Source of the DNA: Nitrososphaera viennensis EN76
Lineage (GTDB): Archaea; Thermoproteota; Nitrososphaeria; Nitrososphaerales; Nitrososphaeraceae
Direction of reading: 5' to 3'
NCBI RefSeq assembly: GCF_000698785.1
Contig: NZ_CP007536.1
Span: forward strand, 210,001-242,000
DNA length: 32,000 nt
Made by a program: the position numbers and the translations under genes. A model generated the notes under the pieces. That model searched no databases, had not been told where the DNA came from, and was given only the letters and a program-made list of their open reading frames with translations. Numbering within the stretch: position 1 is the first letter of the stretch; the number at the start of each line of letters is the position of its first letter. Shown one piece after another: positions 30,725 to 32,000 of the stretch.

Positions 30725-30943
30725 GTGACGACAATAAGCGTGAGGGTATCAGAGAAGGAAAAAGCCGCGCTCAGAAGGCACGGCAAGATTTCCAAGGTGG
30801 TAAAAGAAGCCATAAACCTTTACCTTGATTCTGCGCGATCCAGAGAGACCTTCAAGAGGCTAAAAGAACTTCAGCAAGCAGAGAACATCACGACAACTAC
30901 GCGGGAAGAAGCCGCATTGATCAGGGAAGACCGGCATAGATAA
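30725..30943 (+). CDS. vapB: ribbon-helix-helix antitoxin (VapB-like)
   Basis: 72 aa with a GTG start. TISVRVSEKEKAALRRHGKISKVVKEAINLYL fits the RHH strand-helix-helix pattern. It ends 3 nt before the PIN gene. Confidence 0.7.
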   Translation: MTTISVRVSEKEKAALRRHGKISKVVKEAINLYLDSARSRETFKRLKELQQAENITTTTREEAALIREDRHR

Positions 30944-30946
30944 ACA

Positions 30947-31312
30947 ATGATCGTTGCAGACAGCAGCTACCTTGTGGAAGGGTTGCTCAAGGACGTATCC
31001 TTGATTGAAAACGAAGGAGTGGTGGTCTCTCCCGATCTTGCTCTCTATGAAGTCGTCAACGCCGTCTGGAAGCATGAAACCGTATTAAAAGACATCAAGG
31101 ATGGCCGGCCATATCTGGATGTCCTGTCCAAGTTGGTCTCTGCTCGCGCAGTTCGATTCGTAAAGCCGGACAAGAAAATAATCGGACAGGCTTATCAGCT
31201 TGCTTCCAAGAAAAGATGCACCTTTTATGACGCCGTTTTTGTAGTCCTTGCCCTAGAACTTGGACTTGAACTAAAGACATTTGACGAGGCTCAGCGCGCC
31301 CTTTTGCCTTGA
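30947..31312 (+). CDS. vapC: PIN-domain ribonuclease toxin (VapC)
   Basis: MIVADSSYLV (first acidic residue D5), LYEVVNAV, FYDAVFVVLA and TFDEAQ place acidic residues in the typical PIN positions. 121 aa. Confidence 0.85.
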   Translation: MIVADSSYLVEGLLKDVSLIENEGVVVSPDLALYEVVNAVWKHETVLKDIKDGRPYLDVLSKLVSARAVRFVKPDKKIIGQAYQLASKKRCTFYDAVFVVLALELGLELKTFDEAQRALLP

Positions 31313-31359
31313 AAAAGTGCGCCGCTGTCTTATTATAACAACATGGAGCAGCAATCGTC

Positions 31360-31791
31360 ATGGCCGGCGGCTACCGGTTTTTGGACCACATGACAGACGC
31401 CGTGGTAGAGGCACACGGCAGCACGCTGGAAGAAGCGTTCGTACAGGGCGCACGTGGGCTTGTGGACACGATGGTGGACCTTGACACCGTACGGCCTGTT
31501 ATGGAAGTAAAGATAGAGGCAGAAGGCCACGACCTTGAATCCCTGCTTTTTGACTGGCTTGACAGGGTGATGCTCTTGATGGTGGCAGACGGGATTGTAC
31601 TGTCGGAATTTTCAGTGAAGATACAGAAACTGGACGGCGGTAATTATCTTCTGAAGGGCGCTGCCAAGGGAGAAAAAATAGACCTTGCCCGGCACCGCTA
31701 CAAGGTCGAGATAAAGGCGATAACGTACCACGAGATGCTTGTCAGGCAGGAAAAAGGCAGGGTGACGATAAGGTTCCTGATGGACCTCTGA
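31360..31791 (+). CDS. archease (RtcB/tRNA-ligase activator family)
   Basis: YRFLDHMTDAVVEAHGSTLEEAF at the N-terminus and KAITYHEMLV near the C-terminus are hallmark archease motifs. 143 aa. Confidence 0.9.
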   Translation: MAGGYRFLDHMTDAVVEAHGSTLEEAFVQGARGLVDTMVDLDTVRPVMEVKIEAEGHDLESLLFDWLDRVMLLMVADGIVLSEFSVKIQKLDGGNYLLKGAAKGEKIDLARHRYKVEIKAITYHEMLVRQEKGRVTIRFLMDL

Positions 31792-31806
31792 AAGAAAAAG
31801 GAGAGG

Positions 31807-32000
31807 CTACTTGACGTCCACCTTGGTCTCGTCTTCGCCTCTTGTCGGGACCTTTTTTGGCAGTTCAAGCTTCAGTATGCCGCTTTCCACCTTGGCGCTG
31901 ACTTTTGAGGGGACTATTTCTTCTGGGACCGGGACGTTGCGGTAAAACGACCTGTACAGCCTTTCGGTGTAGAGGTAGCGCTTGCCCTTTTCCTCTGTTT
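31807..32000 (-). CDS. small heat-shock protein (Hsp20/alpha-crystallin family), C-terminal part; gene continues beyond window
   Basis: Hand translation of the minus strand: ...EEKGKRYLYTERLYRSFYRNVPVPEEIVPSKVSAKVESGILKLELPKKVPTRGEDETKVDVK, stop TAG (plus-strand CTA at 31807-31809). ERxxGxFxRxxxLP-like and GIL-x-L-x-LPK motifs. Confidence 0.8.
   Translation of the reverse strand, partial: TEEKGKRYLYTERLYRSFYRNVPVPEEIVPSKVSAKVESGILKLELPKKVPTRGEDETKVDVK

Noticed and set aside
31151-31159. GTTCGATTC, a tRNA T-loop-like motif
   Set aside because: It lies inside the vapC reading frame with no acceptor, D or anticodon stems around it. I saw no tRNA-like cloverleaf anywhere in the intergenic regions.
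1-32000. Search for CRISPR arrays, rRNA or long tandem repeats
   Set aside because: I saw no regularly spaced direct repeats of 24-40 nt, no rRNA-like conserved blocks, and no long tandem repeats by eye. The only repeats found are the short ones listed as features or findings.

Overview
The gene content suggests a chromosomal segment of a moderate-GC ammonia-oxidising archaeon (Nitrososphaeria/Thaumarchaeota, Nitrososphaera-like). This assignment is an inference; no database search was run. About three quarters of the window is recognisable housekeeping. This includes an Amt ammonium transporter, a CPA2 antiporter, an OGG1-type glycosylase, and a Rieske / cytochrome b / blue-copper (complex III-like) cluster followed by a pentapeptide-repeat gene. 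It also includes diphthine synthase, a LysW-carrier cluster (homocitrate-synthase-like, lysW, lysX, lysK), argH, a DUF59 Fe-S protein, sdhA-C-D-B, hisS, a vapBC pair, archease and a partial Hsp20. I found no rRNA, tRNA or CRISPR. The accessory parts are a small-gene region at 7.9-9.3 kb, a visibly AT-richer island at about 9.3-12.2 kb, an AT-rich stretch at 5.76-6.6 kb, and a BNR-propeller gene at 22.5-24.2 kb. The 7.9-9.3 kb region holds a wHTH protein, a Zn-ribbon protein and a beta-sandwich protein. The 9.3-12.2 kb island holds an IS6-like transposase, an orphan six-TM protein and several tiny ORFs. Hand translation recovered four ORFs below the 60-aa cutoff of the supplied track: lysW, an RHH protein, a coiled-coil protein and a 59-aa membrane peptide. 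The best candidates for something undescribed are (i) a translationally coupled RHH / coiled-coil / 2-TM-peptide cassette beside the transposase, (ii) a 127-aa stand-alone voltage-sensor-like protein in a four-gene small-protein cluster, (iii) a cytochrome b with a roughly 100-aa Pro/Ala/Lys tail, and (iv) a diphthine synthase with an extra C-terminal helical domain. All functional calls rest on motif recognition by eye and carry that uncertainty.
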